A DNA stretch of 64,000 bases from a virus: positions 79,192 through 143,191 of IMG/VR virus record IMGVR_UViG_3300050821_002957; one strand, 5' to 3'. Shown piece by piece: positions 39,440-48,395 of the stretch. The notes beneath the pieces are model-generated. The model searched no databases. It had not been told where the DNA came from and saw only the letters and a list, made by a program, of their open reading frames with translations. How positions within the stretch are numbered: the first letter of the stretch is position 1; each line of letters opens with the position of its first letter. A program made the translations under genes and the position numbers.

Positions 39440-39790
39440 TTAATCGTAGCTCGAAAAATCTACTCGAAGCCTCTCGAACTCGATATCCTGCCACTTCAAA
39501 TTCGACAAATCCGTCATAGATTCACCGAAGCTCACATCACAATTACATGAGCATCCACCTGAGTGGCACGAAAAAACCATTCCTTCAGCATCTACACCAA
39601 TGCCTTCATAGCAATGGTGGCCGTAACCCTCGTCCCAATTGTTGATCTCTTCTACGATGACCAACTCTTTTTCAGAACCATGATCAATAAAGGTGCTCTT
39701 CGGCAACTTGCCATAGTTCTTCTTCACATACGTCTGTATCGTCATATTCGTCTGCCTCCGAATCGTCAAATAGCTTTTCGTGTACTTCAC
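39440..39790 (-). CDS. hypothetical protein
   Basis: 116-aa ORF whose 5' end overlaps the HNH gene in another frame; the true start may be at the internal ATG 39745. Confidence 0.35.
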   Translation of the reverse strand: MKYTKSYLTIRRQTNMTIQTYVKKNYGKLPKSTFIDHGSEKELVIVEEINNWDEGYGHHCYEGIGVDAEGMVFSCHSGGCSCNCDVSFGESMTDLSNLKWQDIEFERLRVDFSSYD

Positions 39791-40502
39791 CCAACTTTCT
39801 CTCCAATGCCGCTTCAGACCGGAGCCAACGAGTTTTTACTCCATGACAATTTGAACAGCGAATCCTAAGATTCTCAAGTTCATTATTCATAGGATTACTA
39901 TCAATATGATCCAACTCAAGCGGAGCCGGATATCCTCTCCAGTCACTAATTCCACAATCCTCACATTTTCTTTGCTTGATACCTTCTTGTATCAAACGTT
40001 CTCGCAAAGCCGCTGAACTTATTGTGGAACCAATACACAAATATTCTGTAATTGCTTTTCGTTTATACGGCGGTTTCTCAATAAAATGAGAATGTTCTAC
40101 CCCCAGTTCTATAACTCTACGACGCAATTTGTTAAAATTGTTATTTCCTGGCTGGATCTTAACCAACGTACACAATTCTAACCATGTCTGTGATGCAGCT
40201 ACCAATGGAACCAAATATTCCTTTGTATATTTTCTCTTCGCACCCAGTGACTTAATAAGCGCCGCATCTAGATGTTCAAAAGAAATCCCAAAAAATTTAG
40301 CACGCCCTCGAAGATAGGTATACCGAGAACCACACACCTGCACTCCCAAAACTAAGCAAACTTCACGCCACGTTTGATTGCCAGAAATTGCTCTACTCAA
40401 TTCATCAAAAGAATATTTACGATTACGTGTGTGGTAACATGGTTGACACGTTTTCGCTTTTCCTGTTGATATGATCCTCCCACAATGCTGACATGTATTC
40501 AT
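39684..40502 (-). CDS. HNH homing endonuclease (about 272 aa from ATG 40502)
   Basis: LELDHIDSNPMNNELENLRIRCSNCHGVK is an HNH motif. Track ORF 39684-40568 extends into tRNA-Leu(GAG); the internal ATG at 40502 is preferred. It sits between tRNA-Leu genes. Confidence 0.6.
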   Translation of the reverse strand: MNTCQHCGRIISTGKAKTCQPCYHTRNRKYSFDELSRAISGNQTWREVCLVLGVQVCGSRYTYLRGRAKFFGISFEHLDAALIKSLGAKRKYTKEYLVPLVAASQTWLELCTLVKIQPGNNNFNKLRRRVIELGVEHSHFIEKPPYKRKAITEYLCIGSTISSAALRERLIQEGIKQRKCEDCGISDWRGYPAPLELDHIDSNPMNNELENLRIRCSNCHGVKTRWLRSEAALERKLGEVHEKLFDDSEADEYDDTDVCEEELWQVAEEHLY

Positions 40503-40538
40503 ATCAGCATTTAGACACCTAATTTCAGATGTCAAATA

Positions 40539-40624
40539 TGGTCGCCGAGGACGGATTTGAACCGTCACGTCCTTGCGGACACTAGGCCCTCAACCTAGCG
40601 TGTCTGCCGTTTCACCACTCGGCG
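40539..40624 (-). tRNA. tRNA-Leu (anticodon GAG), type II
   Basis: Acceptor CGCCGAG/CTCGGCG, anticodon stem CTAGG/CCTAG with loop TTGAGGG, long variable arm, T-arm GACGG-TTCAAAT-CCGTC, CCA. Confidence 0.75.
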
Positions 40625-40659
40625 AAAAATGTGCGGGAGCAATGGCTCAACCGCTAATG

Positions 40660-40735
40660 TCAGGAAGGTGAGATTTGAACTCACGAATTTCTCCAATCCG
40701 AATGGAGTGGGGCAACCAGACTCCCCTTCTTCCTG
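40660..40735 (-). tRNA. tRNA-Pro (anticodon CGG), no encoded CCA
   Basis: Acceptor CAGGAAG/CTTCCTG, D-arm GGGG...CCCC, anticodon stem CTCCA/TGGAG with loop TTCGGAT, T-arm GTGAG-TTCAAAT-CTCAC, discriminator A. Confidence 0.65.
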
Positions 40736-41014
40736 AAAATGGACCTGAGCATGGGCGGTGCTGTCCTAAGACCCACCATGATTCTCCAGCACCGTGTTTG
40801 CTGGCGGCATTCCTTTATGCCTACATCAGGATTTAACTCGGAATGTTGGTAGACCGTTCGGGTAGAAATCTATCCCAACGACGGTCCCTTACTGATTTCA
40901 TAACCAACATAAAAATGGCAGAGGGTAGAATAATCGAAATCCCATCCGGCTCATCACCGGAGCGACGGTTTTCAAGACCGTTGGCACACCAAGCGCCCGT
41001 ACCCTCTAAACTCG

Positions 41015-41176
41015 TTAAATGTCGTATGCACAACTGCGTTCACAATCAGGACAACAATTACACATCGTCACAGAGTTGGGATGAATTTCTTCGTCAAATG
41101 GGCAGGGATGTAACTCGACTGTACCCTCATGACCACACCCACTCGGATGCGTACAATAATAATTGTTATCAGTCAT
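41015..41176 (-). CDS. small Cys-rich zinc-binding-like protein (53 aa)
   Basis: MTDNNYYCTHPSGCGHEGTVELHPCPFDEEIHPNSVTMCNCCPDCERSCAYDI, with a GGAAG Shine-Dalgarno upstream. The plus ORF 40843-41313 is rejected. Confidence 0.4.
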   Translation of the reverse strand: MTDNNYYCTHPSGCGHEGTVELHPCPFDEEIHPNSVTMCNCCPDCERSCAYDI

Positions 41177-41417
41177 ACAACTTCCTTTCAAACTTTGGTT
41201 GCCAGGATGGGACTCTCCCTTACGGGCCGACGATCTCAACGTTGTGCGTCTGCCAAATTCCGCCACCCGGCAATAAACTTGTGGGAGCTTTTCACTCCAC
41301 TCGACTATTCTGACACATCAGTACAGCTACCCTGCTTACGGTCGTTACTCTGAGCCGCCGTAAGAACAAATTTAAATGAGTACGAACAAATAATCGAATA
41401 GTCGGATTAATACCGCT

Positions 41418-41533
41418 GCGTCTACCATTCCGCCAACACTCGAAAATTCTGCTTTCGCATGTCGAGTGCCCTGGACTTGAACCAGGACGCCCCAGAGGGA
41501 CGGCGGTGCCTGATAACCAACTACCTACGGCTC
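41418..41533 (-). ncRNA. noncanonical tRNA-like unit with permuted topology (T-arm/3'-acceptor, then 19-nt loop, then 5'-acceptor/D-arm)
   Basis: On the transcribed strand the order is: GAGCCGT...GGTTATC module, T-arm CCTGG-TTCAAGT-CCAGG, GCACTCG-A, a 19-nt linker, CGAGTGT (perfect complement), TG, D-arm GCGGAATGGTAGACGC. No contiguous canonical cloverleaf can be drawn. Confidence 0.4.
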
Positions 41534-41659
41534 GTACTCAAACTCATTGGCTTCGGGTAATGACGACATAAATGCAGTCTTCGCCTCTCTTCGATCCCAT
41601 CAGAGTTATCCTGATGAAATGCCTCACGCCGCTTATTAGACGGCCTACATCAAACTGTG

Positions 41660-41740
41660 TAGCCAAGGAGGGACTCGAACCCTCAACCCTTGCGGGAACC
41701 GCTTCTGAGACGGCTGCGTATGCCATTCCGCCACTCGGCT
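41660..41740 (-). tRNA. tRNA-Leu (anticodon CAG), type II, no encoded CCA
   Basis: Acceptor AGCCGAG/CTTGGCT, anticodon stem GCCGT/GCGGT with loop CTCAGAA, variable arm CCCGCAAGGG, T-arm GAGGG-TTCGAGT-CCCTC. Confidence 0.65.
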
Positions 41741-41906
41741 AAAATGAAGGTTGCCCAGTCCACAATACAGGTCATACCTACAATCCCTCTAGCTTCGATA
41801 AGCGGAGCACACTTCGCTCGACGCTTGATGTCAGCCTACTTCGATTCGCACGAAGAACCCCTGAATCCAAATCAGGAAGGATACTCTTTCCCCATAGACT
41901 GAAACT

Positions 41907-41982
41907 TGGTCAGCGTGCTCAGATTTGAACTGAGAATTTACCGCCCCAAACGGCAAGTGATACCAGATTTCACCACACACTG
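41907..41982 (-). tRNA. tRNA-Pro (anticodon TGG)
   Basis: Acceptor CAGTGTG/CACGCTG, D-arm GTGA-AATCTGGTA-TCAC, anticodon stem TGCCG/CGGTA with loop TTTGGGG, T-arm CTCAG-TTCAAAT-CTGAG, CCA. Confidence 0.75.
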
Positions 41983-42239
41983 GAATTTGTTCATGGTGTA
42001 CGCTGTCACTACAGACACACACGAAACGATATTTTTACTGTTTTGATTTAGCTGTCTCGAAGCAACTCAGGGAGAGTTACGACAGCAAACTAGGTAGGCT
42101 CGACGGGGACAACGGCAAACCTACCACAGTAAGTGGCGATGAGCTTGGCGTTGATAAGAGTACGTTTTTCATTTTCTTGTTTCCCAGTCGATCTTTAATG
42201 ATCTGACACTATTTATACTAGCAGTCTTTTGGAATCCTG

Positions 42240-42476
42240 TCAAGAGGTCTTTTCAGAATTCTTTTTCATAGCATTGAGAATTCGCTGGCGCACCATTCTC
42301 ATAGAGCCGTGCCCGAACCCACACGCCCAGTCGGTGTACTTCTGGCCGCATTGGGAGCAAAAGTTTCGCATCGCACGCTCCATCTCTTCGACGGTCAAAT
42401 CACCTTGGTATTCGGCGGCTTGTTCCAATTCGGCGCAGTTGGTCGTAAAATCAAAACTGGTCTTCTCTTCGGTCAT
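42240..42476 (-). CDS. hypothetical small protein
   Basis: 78-aa ORF, CSQCGQKYTDWAC. Confidence 0.35.
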   Translation of the reverse strand: MTEEKTSFDFTTNCAELEQAAEYQGDLTVEEMERAMRNFCSQCGQKYTDWACGFGHGSMRMVRQRILNAMKKNSEKTS

Positions 42477-42763
42477 TTTGTTGCGACTCCTGGAGGAAAT
42501 TTACAATCTTTGAGCTTAACACCAAACAGGTCACGAATAGGCACGCCACCTTTTGCTGTACACGTCTTGATCTCTTCTTCAAAATGCTGCCGGTACAGGT
42601 CGGCCTCGATGTCATGCTTGCTGGTAGAAGGATGATTACTGAGAAGATTCACCAAAGCAAAAACCAGAACAACGACACAACAAATTACCAGACCGGACCA
42701 TCCAATGATGCGAACGTTTCTTATGTCTTGTTCTGTGAAAGGCGATCCAGCCATCAGTCCCAC
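42473..42763 (-). CDS. small membrane protein
   Basis: 96 aa with one TM helix (LVICCVVVLVFALVNLL). Confidence 0.4.
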   Translation of the reverse strand: MGLMAGSPFTEQDIRNVRIIGWSGLVICCVVVLVFALVNLLSNHPSTSKHDIEADLYRQHFEEEIKTCTAKGGVPIRDLFGVKLKDCKFPPGVATK

Positions 42764-43053
42764 ACCATAGAAACCAAAAAGACCGCCCAGGCAATCAACG
42801 CAAAAACTTGAATGCCACCACCGATCCAGACGCCAGCACCGAAGACCAAAAACTTTTCGATGAAGTTGGATGGATCAAGAATTTTATAGACGATCAACCA
42901 GATCCAAGTAGGAACTAATGCAAGTACCAATGTACCAAGAGTCCAAAGCCATTGTTCCAATCTCTTTTTGAGAGACGGTCCACGACGAGGGCTAATGGTA
43001 ACATACTGACGATTTAATTGTGGCATTATCTCTTCCTGAATAAAAATACGCAT
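42754..43053 (-). CDS. small membrane protein
   Basis: 99 aa with two TM helices. Confidence 0.4.
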   Translation of the reverse strand: MRIFIQEEIMPQLNRQYVTISPRRGPSLKKRLEQWLWTLGTLVLALVPTWIWLIVYKILDPSNFIEKFLVFGAGVWIGGGIQVFALIAWAVFLVSMVWD

Positions 43054-43156
43054 AGACCGTCATACAAAAATGGGAAGCACCGTCGAGAAGAACGGATGAT
43101 CGAATTGCCAATCAACCTTTACATGTTCCCAATGACGAAGTGCTTCCCACATAAAA

Positions 43157-43822
43157 CTACTTTCGGCTGCTGCGAGACGAACTGGATGAGGCAGGCGATC
43201 TCGACGGTGATGGTGTCGATGGGCTGCGTGTCATACCGCCACTTTGAGAGCCAAGCTGCGGCTTGCCAGTCGGCTGCGATGACGCAGGACCACGAGTCAT
43301 TCCACCGGCTTGAGAACCGAACTGAGGCTTTGTGGTCGTGTTGTTCACCGTGGTGTTATTCACGACTGTCGCAGGACCACGAGTCATTCCACCGGCTTGC
43401 TGTCCGAATTGGGGTTTGCCGTCTTTCACAGGCGCAGTGTACAGAGGCTTGGAAGGCGCATTCGCAACGACCACCGTGCGCTGTGCAGGCGGAACGATGC
43501 GATCATGCTGGTAATTGTTAACGATGGTTGTGCGATATGTGGTCGAAGTGTGGAACACGCCGCCGACATAGTAACCAGGAACGCCACCGTACATCACCGA
43601 GGGATAGAAGACGTGGCCGGGACCGTAGTAACCGTTGACGCCATTCAGAATCGCCGCCGTCAAAATTGCATCGGCGATCACGTTGTCGGGATTGTAACCG
43701 GGATCGTAGACCGGAGCACCTTGTCCTTGTGCGACCGGCTGTTGAACGTAAGTCGTGCAGGCGGTGCTCAGAAACACAAGCGCCATGAGTGTTGCGATAG
43801 CGAATTTGTTTGTGGAGGTCAT
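43157..43822 (-). CDS. secreted/lipoprotein with tandem KPQFGxQAGGMTRGP repeats
   Basis: Signal peptide MTSTNKFAIATLMALVFLSTAC. Three repeats of (T)KPQ(F/L)G(Q/S)Q(A/S)GGMTR(G/S)P. Confidence 0.5.
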   Translation of the reverse strand: MTSTNKFAIATLMALVFLSTACTTYVQQPVAQGQGAPVYDPGYNPDNVIADAILTAAILNGVNGYYGPGHVFYPSVMYGGVPGYYVGGVFHTSTTYRTTIVNNYQHDRIVPPAQRTVVVANAPSKPLYTAPVKDGKPQFGQQAGGMTRGPATVVNNTTVNNTTTKPQFGSQAGGMTRGPASSQPTGKPQLGSQSGGMTRSPSTPSPSRSPASSSSSRSSRK

Positions 43823-43861
43823 GTGTTTTCCTTGATCGGAGATTTCGGAATGACGAAGCCG

Positions 43862-44359
43862 TTAGGCCGTCGCCACTTGCTGCTGCGGAGCCAGGGCATC
43901 CAAAGCGTCATATGCTTGACTGGCCTTTTCGAGGATGTACTTGCGGGTTTCGCCTTGCGGATCGGTGCTCAACCGCAATTCCACGCCGATGCCTTCGTCG
44001 AAGTTGGTTGCGAGATCGGCCCATTCGATGGAGTCGGTCGGAATGGCTTGGCCGTCGATGGTAACGATGCTGGAGACCTCTTCGCCGGGAAGCAGGAGGG
44101 ATACGGGATTCACGGAAGCGCCATTCACGGTCACGACGATCTTGCTGGGAGCGTTCGGCTTGGGTGCTGGAACGAAGCCCTGAAGCTCCTCATAGACACG
44201 AGCAGCAGCTTGGCCGTCAAAATCGAAAGTGTCGGTCAGAGCGAGAATGGCGACACGGACGATGGATTCATTTGGATTCTTCGGATCGGGCGGTGTGGTG
44301 ACGGACTTGATCTGATTTGCAGGCAGAATCAAATTTTCGAGTCGGAAAAATTCTAGCAT
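43862..44359 (-). CDS. hypothetical protein
   Basis: 165-aa ORF. An upstream TTGACA-17-TAAAGA promoter-like element lies at about 44385-44415 on the minus strand. Confidence 0.45.
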   Translation of the reverse strand: MLEFFRLENLILPANQIKSVTTPPDPKNPNESIVRVAILALTDTFDFDGQAAARVYEELQGFVPAPKPNAPSKIVVTVNGASVNPVSLLLPGEEVSSIVTIDGQAIPTDSIEWADLATNFDEGIGVELRLSTDPQGETRKYILEKASQAYDALDALAPQQQVATA

Positions 44360-44623
44360 TGTGTTCCTTTTGTTTTTGAAGTTCGGTCACCAACATCTTT
44401 ACATAATTTCAAAAACTTTGTCAAGTACTTTCGTGAAGGCCGACCAGAAATCAATGATCGGGTATTACGTTTTACGCCATACGACCCTTGCGGGGATACA
44501 CAATACACGTTACACAATACGCAATACGGTCATATGTTCGAGTATGTAATTTGTCACGCTTGGTTTACGTCGTAGCATCACTTCGACGGATCGTTCGCCT
44601 TTAAGCCCGACCTCCACGAAACT

Positions 44624-44800
44624 ACTCTAGCACACCTTTTTCGTTCTGTCTAGCGTCCCGTTCAGCGGCAATGGATTCCGATGTCGCTCCACAAGTCGGG
44701 CATGGTTTTCCGACGACGGTCTTACGAATTCCTTCTTTGTGCTTCGGGCACGTCCAGCGGCGGCGATGCACTCCATTTCTCCAGTGTCTATTTTGGCTCA
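44624..44800 (-). CDS. small zinc-ribbon protein (59 aa), translationally coupled to the Endo VII gene
   Basis: The ATG overlaps the Endo VII stop (caatcATGa). Sequence ...RRRWTCPKHKEGIRKTVVGKPCPTCGATSES. It is below the 60-aa cut-off of the ORF track. Confidence 0.35.
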
Positions 44801-45268
44801 TGATTGTTGTTTCTCCAAATACAATATTGCTTCTTTTAAAATCTTGGGATCATCTTGAACATTCCCCAACAATACATTACATGTTAGACACAAAATCCCT
44901 CTGACCTTGTTAGTTACGTGAGAATGATCCACATTAGGAATCGTTTTCCTAGTGACTCGATCCAATACCACCTTACAAATTGCACAGCAGCCACCTTGTT
45001 CTGCAAATATCAAATCGAAAGTTTCTGGTGTAATTCCATACTTATGCATTCGTCTAGATTTTGGACCGTTTACCTTACGCCAATGTGCAAGGTAACTTTT
45101 ATGTCTAGGCGTTTGTTTCGTTGCTCGTCGGCACGCCACACACTTTTTTGTGCTTACATATCGAGTTGTGGCACCACACTTCACACACGCATGTCCATCA
45201 AACGTTTCTAGTGGTTTTTTCGGTCTGTATTGTTTACACGGTTTGTATTCTTTCATTTTTTTCTTCAA
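44798..45268 (-). CDS. endonuclease VII-like (T4 gp49 family) zinc-binding nuclease
   Basis: DHSHVTNKVRGILCLTCNVLLGN matches the Endonuclease_7 signature DH.H..G.vRGlLC..CN..lG, plus an N-terminal CxxC zinc site. Confidence 0.6.
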   Translation of the reverse strand: MKKKMKEYKPCKQYRPKKPLETFDGHACVKCGATTRYVSTKKCVACRRATKQTPRHKSYLAHWRKVNGPKSRRMHKYGITPETFDLIFAEQGGCCAICKVVLDRVTRKTIPNVDHSHVTNKVRGILCLTCNVLLGNVQDDPKILKEAILYLEKQQS

Positions 45269-46403
45269 GCAAACTGTCGAACCTAGGACCGCCCTCCACT
45301 AAATGAGCCACGTATCCAGCGTCTTCGGGACCGATCTTTTTTGGTCGAATCGCAAACAGCACTGCCGGATGATAAACTGTCGTCGGCACCAACGGTATAG
45401 AAGATGGCATCGAAATTCCAGTTTCAGCCTTCACATTCAAATTGTAAAAAGCATCGAACACAATGAAGACCGGCCATTGCGTATCGGTACGAACGACGGC
45501 ACGCATTTTCACTTTTTTCAATGCATCTTCCAATTTCAAAGGGTCCAAAGTCCGATGCTGCCCCAAGTGCAACATGACGATCTTGATGTCTGAATCACCC
45601 TTTGTCGAATGAGTCTGCAAGAATTTATACACCGACTGTGACAACTTCCCGGCTGGCGACGAATTGAACAATTTTTCCGCTGTCTGATACGCCCATCCAA
45701 CGGCTTTCGCTACGGTTCCATGTGTCGGACTTTCGGTGATCAATTTCATGTACCGATCTTCATTGGTCTTGGTCGCCAGGGGAAGCATCAGGCCGACATC
45801 CTTCGACTTAGTTCGTTCGTTGTATCCTTCATTGAACAGGCGTAAAACCGAAGACCAAGAATTACCGCCAACTTGTCCCAGTGTCTTTCCTGATTTCTTG
45901 GCACCGGCTTTCAATGAAATTTTCTCGAAGATGTACTTGTCAGTTTTTACGGTAATATCGGCTTTGGTTCCAGTGTTGTTTGAAATTCCATCAACATCAA
46001 TCTCAAGTTTGTTGTCGATGTTGTTCTGATACATCGCTTCGGCCAGAGCTTCAATACGAGGAGAGTTGACATAAGAAGCAGCAGCATCACCGACACGAGC
46101 CAGGAGTTTCAGGTCCAATGCTCTTAAGTCGGCCATCATGCGTTTACCAAGATTCAGCAGGAAGACGATTTTGTCTTTAGCTGTACCGCCCATGTCCATT
46201 TTAACTTGAGACTTGGTGCTGCCTTTTGGTGTGAGAGGAGCCTTCTGCATGACCTTCAGAGCTTTCATGACATCTGAAGACGTGACTTTGCCGATTTGAC
46301 CGTTTGGCTTACGGAGAATGAGTTTGGCTACGATGGCGGCACCAAGCACACCTTCTGCTAGATTGCCTTCGTTGACTACTTTGTCTTTTTGTTTGAGTGC
46401 CAC
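45234..46403 (-). CDS. hypothetical protein (389 aa)
   Basis: Long ORF with no motif recognised by eye. Confidence 0.5.
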   Translation of the reverse strand: MALKQKDKVVNEGNLAEGVLGAAIVAKLILRKPNGQIGKVTSSDVMKALKVMQKAPLTPKGSTKSQVKMDMGGTAKDKIVFLLNLGKRMMADLRALDLKLLARVGDAAASYVNSPRIEALAEAMYQNNIDNKLEIDVDGISNNTGTKADITVKTDKYIFEKISLKAGAKKSGKTLGQVGGNSWSSVLRLFNEGYNERTKSKDVGLMLPLATKTNEDRYMKLITESPTHGTVAKAVGWAYQTAEKLFNSSPAGKLSQSVYKFLQTHSTKGDSDIKIVMLHLGQHRTLDPLKLEDALKKVKMRAVVRTDTQWPVFIVFDAFYNLNVKAETGISMPSSIPLVPTTVYHPAVLFAIRPKKIGPEDAGYVAHLVEGGPRFDSLLEEKNERIQTV

Positions 46404-46407
46404 ACGC

Positions 46408-47202
46408 CTATTTAGAAAGAGCGTGTACTACTTTCTGAGGATTGACGTGATACCAACCGGAACAATGCAGACAGTTGATTTCGCCGACTTTGAGTCCTTT
46501 GTCAGTCTTAAAAATGTCAATGACGTAGCTGTCAGTAGCGAAGGGGAACTTTTCTACCATGCGTTGGGCGTAGCTGGTGACGTACCAATTCTCGTCGGCA
46601 TTGGAATACTGAATGTCACCATTGCGGACGTATTGGGAAGCTGAGACTACTTCACCGTTAATGACCCAGACTCGCCATTCATCAGTGATCGTTTTGACCG
46701 GCGCAGTGACGAACAGAGAATCGCCATTGATCGGATGCCAGTCGTGATGATGTGGATTAGAATCGTTTTCTCGATCTTCTGTAAAACCACGAACCCAATC
46801 CGGCCATGCATAGGCGTTGATAACTTTGCCTTTGATGATGTTAAATCCGGCAGCTTCACGAATATAAATTTTGCCTTGGTCTGGAACCACCAACTTGTCG
46901 AGCGGACCAACCGTCATGTCGTAGTTGATGAATTCTTCGCCAAGAGCAAGCAGGCTGGAGTATTCGTAACTTTTGTCCCAGAACACTTTCCATCCTTGTT
47001 TCATTGCATAGGCGACGAAGGATCGTGTACCAAAAGGAATCAGTTCGCTTGGTACAGTGTCGGTGAGCTTGAGATCAATCGTGGATTCCCAGAACACATA
47101 GTCGAGTTGGATACGGCGGTCGCCAGTTGCATCGATAGCGGCTGTGAATTGGTCGATCCCAAATTCGTCACCAAACATTGCATTTTGTACGAGCCAGATC
47201 AT
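46408..47202 (-). CDS. hypothetical protein, possible ATP-grasp-like C-terminal fold
   Basis: 264 aa. The C-terminus ...IDIFKTDKGLKVGEINCLHCSGWY is reminiscent of ATP-grasp, which is a weak call. Confidence 0.4.
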   Translation of the reverse strand: MIWLVQNAMFGDEFGIDQFTAAIDATGDRRIQLDYVFWESTIDLKLTDTVPSELIPFGTRSFVAYAMKQGWKVFWDKSYEYSSLLALGEEFINYDMTVGPLDKLVVPDQGKIYIREAAGFNIIKGKVINAYAWPDWVRGFTEDRENDSNPHHHDWHPINGDSLFVTAPVKTITDEWRVWVINGEVVSASQYVRNGDIQYSNADENWYVTSYAQRMVEKFPFATDSYVIDIFKTDKGLKVGEINCLHCSGWYHVNPQKVVHALSK

Positions 47203-47333
47203 AGTGGGTCCTGAGATTTTTCAATCATGTCGATATTGCAATAGGGACAGGTCGCCGGGAAATTTGTAGATTCGCACTGACAGACGGGACAGGCCGAAAG
47301 AAAGGTCTGATTGAAAGTTGATTTAGTATCCAT
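47199..47333 (-). CDS. small zinc-ribbon protein (44 aa)
   Basis: MDTKSTFNQTFLSACPVCQCESTNFPATCPYCNIDMIEKSQDPL; the C-terminal part of track ORF 47199-47585. Confidence 0.3.
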   Translation of the reverse strand: MDTKSTFNQTFLSACPVCQCESTNFPATCPYCNIDMIEKSQDPL

Positions 47334-47700
47334 TTTTGGCAATAAAGTCCAATGTATCTTTGAGTGGCGTAACCAACAGAGGATGTCCAAGAGGCGTTTC
47401 GTAAAACCCTTTGCTGATTTCCATTCGCTTGATCGGATTGTGAAGGATCTTGAAATCGCCTTCGACTGGTTTCTTATTGACCGATTCAATTTTACCACAG
47501 ACCAGACACATACGAGTTTCAGGATGCCAGTCGTCGTTGTCCCAGGAATACGAACCACCGTAGTAGGAGTGTAGAGTAACAACAACTTTGTGCGTACACT
47601 CAGCCTTAAGAGCTTCGATCTCGGCGTTCAATTCCCTAGTAAGTTTTTGCTTGAGAATTTCTTTGGTACGAATCTGCTTGGCGAGAGATTTGTAAGTCAT
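47323..47700 (-). CDS. hypothetical protein (125 aa from ATG 47700)
   Basis: Track ORF 47323-47787 is trimmed to the internal ATG MTYKSLAKQ; a CLVCGK motif is present. Confidence 0.4.
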   Translation of the reverse strand: MTYKSLAKQIRTKEILKQKLTRELNAEIEALKAECTHKVVVTLHSYYGGSYSWDNDDWHPETRMCLVCGKIESVNKKPVEGDFKILHNPIKRMEISKGFYETPLGHPLLVTPLKDTLDFIAKNGY

Positions 47701-47834
47701 TGACAACCACCTGCATAAACCAGTAATACTGCTATGGTCAATGTTAACAAACCACCCACGCCGAAAGCTACTGGAATAGACCACCAAGGAACCGAATTCC
47801 TCTTCATGAATTCTTCAATCATGAAATCATTCTA

Positions 47835-48374
47835 TCACGATTGTTTGACAGGCGCAATCAGAGCGACAGCGAGTTTGCCATCTTGACGTGGAATCGATTC
47901 AGGCTTTCCAAATGGCTCCAGGTCGGCAATGAGACGTTTGAGAAGATCGTATCCAATGTTGGTATGAGCGATCTCTCGGCCACGGAACTGAACGACGGCT
48001 CGGACTTTGTTGCCGTCTTTCAGGAATTCAATTGCATGTTTCTTTTTGAAATCGTAATCGTGATCGTCAGTGTTTGGCCGGAACTTCAGTTCTTTGATGA
48101 CGGTGACGTGTTGGTGACGCTTTGCTTCTTGTTTTTTCTTTTTCTCTTCAAACAAATACTTACCGTGGTCCATAACTTTGGCGACGGGCGGCTTGGCAGT
48201 TGGAGAAATGCAGATGAGATCAAGGTTGAGTGCTCTGGCTCGTTGGATTGCTTGATTGGTTGGAAGGATGACGTTGGAGCCATCTGGGAAGATTGTCCGA
48301 ACTTCAGGAAACCGGATACCTTCGTTTACGTTATCTTTGATTTTTGGTCGTGGGGTTCTTGGTTGATATGCCAT
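47835..48374 (-). CDS. infC: translation initiation factor IF-3 homologue
   Basis: Collinear similarity to bacterial IF-3 across the N- and C-domains (INEGIRFPEVRTI...DLICISPTAKPPVAKVMDHGKYLFE...VIKELKFRPNTDDHDYDFK...FRGREIAHTNIG...). Confidence 0.7.
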   Translation of the reverse strand: MAYQPRTPRPKIKDNVNEGIRFPEVRTIFPDGSNVILPTNQAIQRARALNLDLICISPTAKPPVAKVMDHGKYLFEEKKKKQEAKRHQHVTVIKELKFRPNTDDHDYDFKKKHAIEFLKDGNKVRAVVQFRGREIAHTNIGYDLLKRLIADLEPFGKPESIPRQDGKLAVALIAPVKQS

Positions 48375-48395
48375 TAAGTGTAATTATTTAGACCT

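Noticed and set aside
40737-40830. Possible additional tRNA between tRNA-Pro(CGG) and the Cys-rich ORF
   Set aside because: Only a 7-bp/23-nt-loop hairpin (GGTGCTG...CAGCACC) is present. No D- or T-arm could be drawn, so it is left as unexplained structured noncoding sequence.
40843-41313. 156-aa plus-strand ORF in the tRNA region
   Set aside because: All credible genes here are on the minus strand. The overlapping minus ORF has a convincing Cys-rich zinc-binding C-terminus and a Shine-Dalgarno. The plus ORF overlaps an unexplained structured noncoding stretch.
43310-44356. 348-aa plus-strand ORF
   Set aside because: It is antisense to two well-supported minus-strand genes (the repeat lipoprotein and the 165-aa protein), with a Cys/Arg-rich mirror-frame composition.
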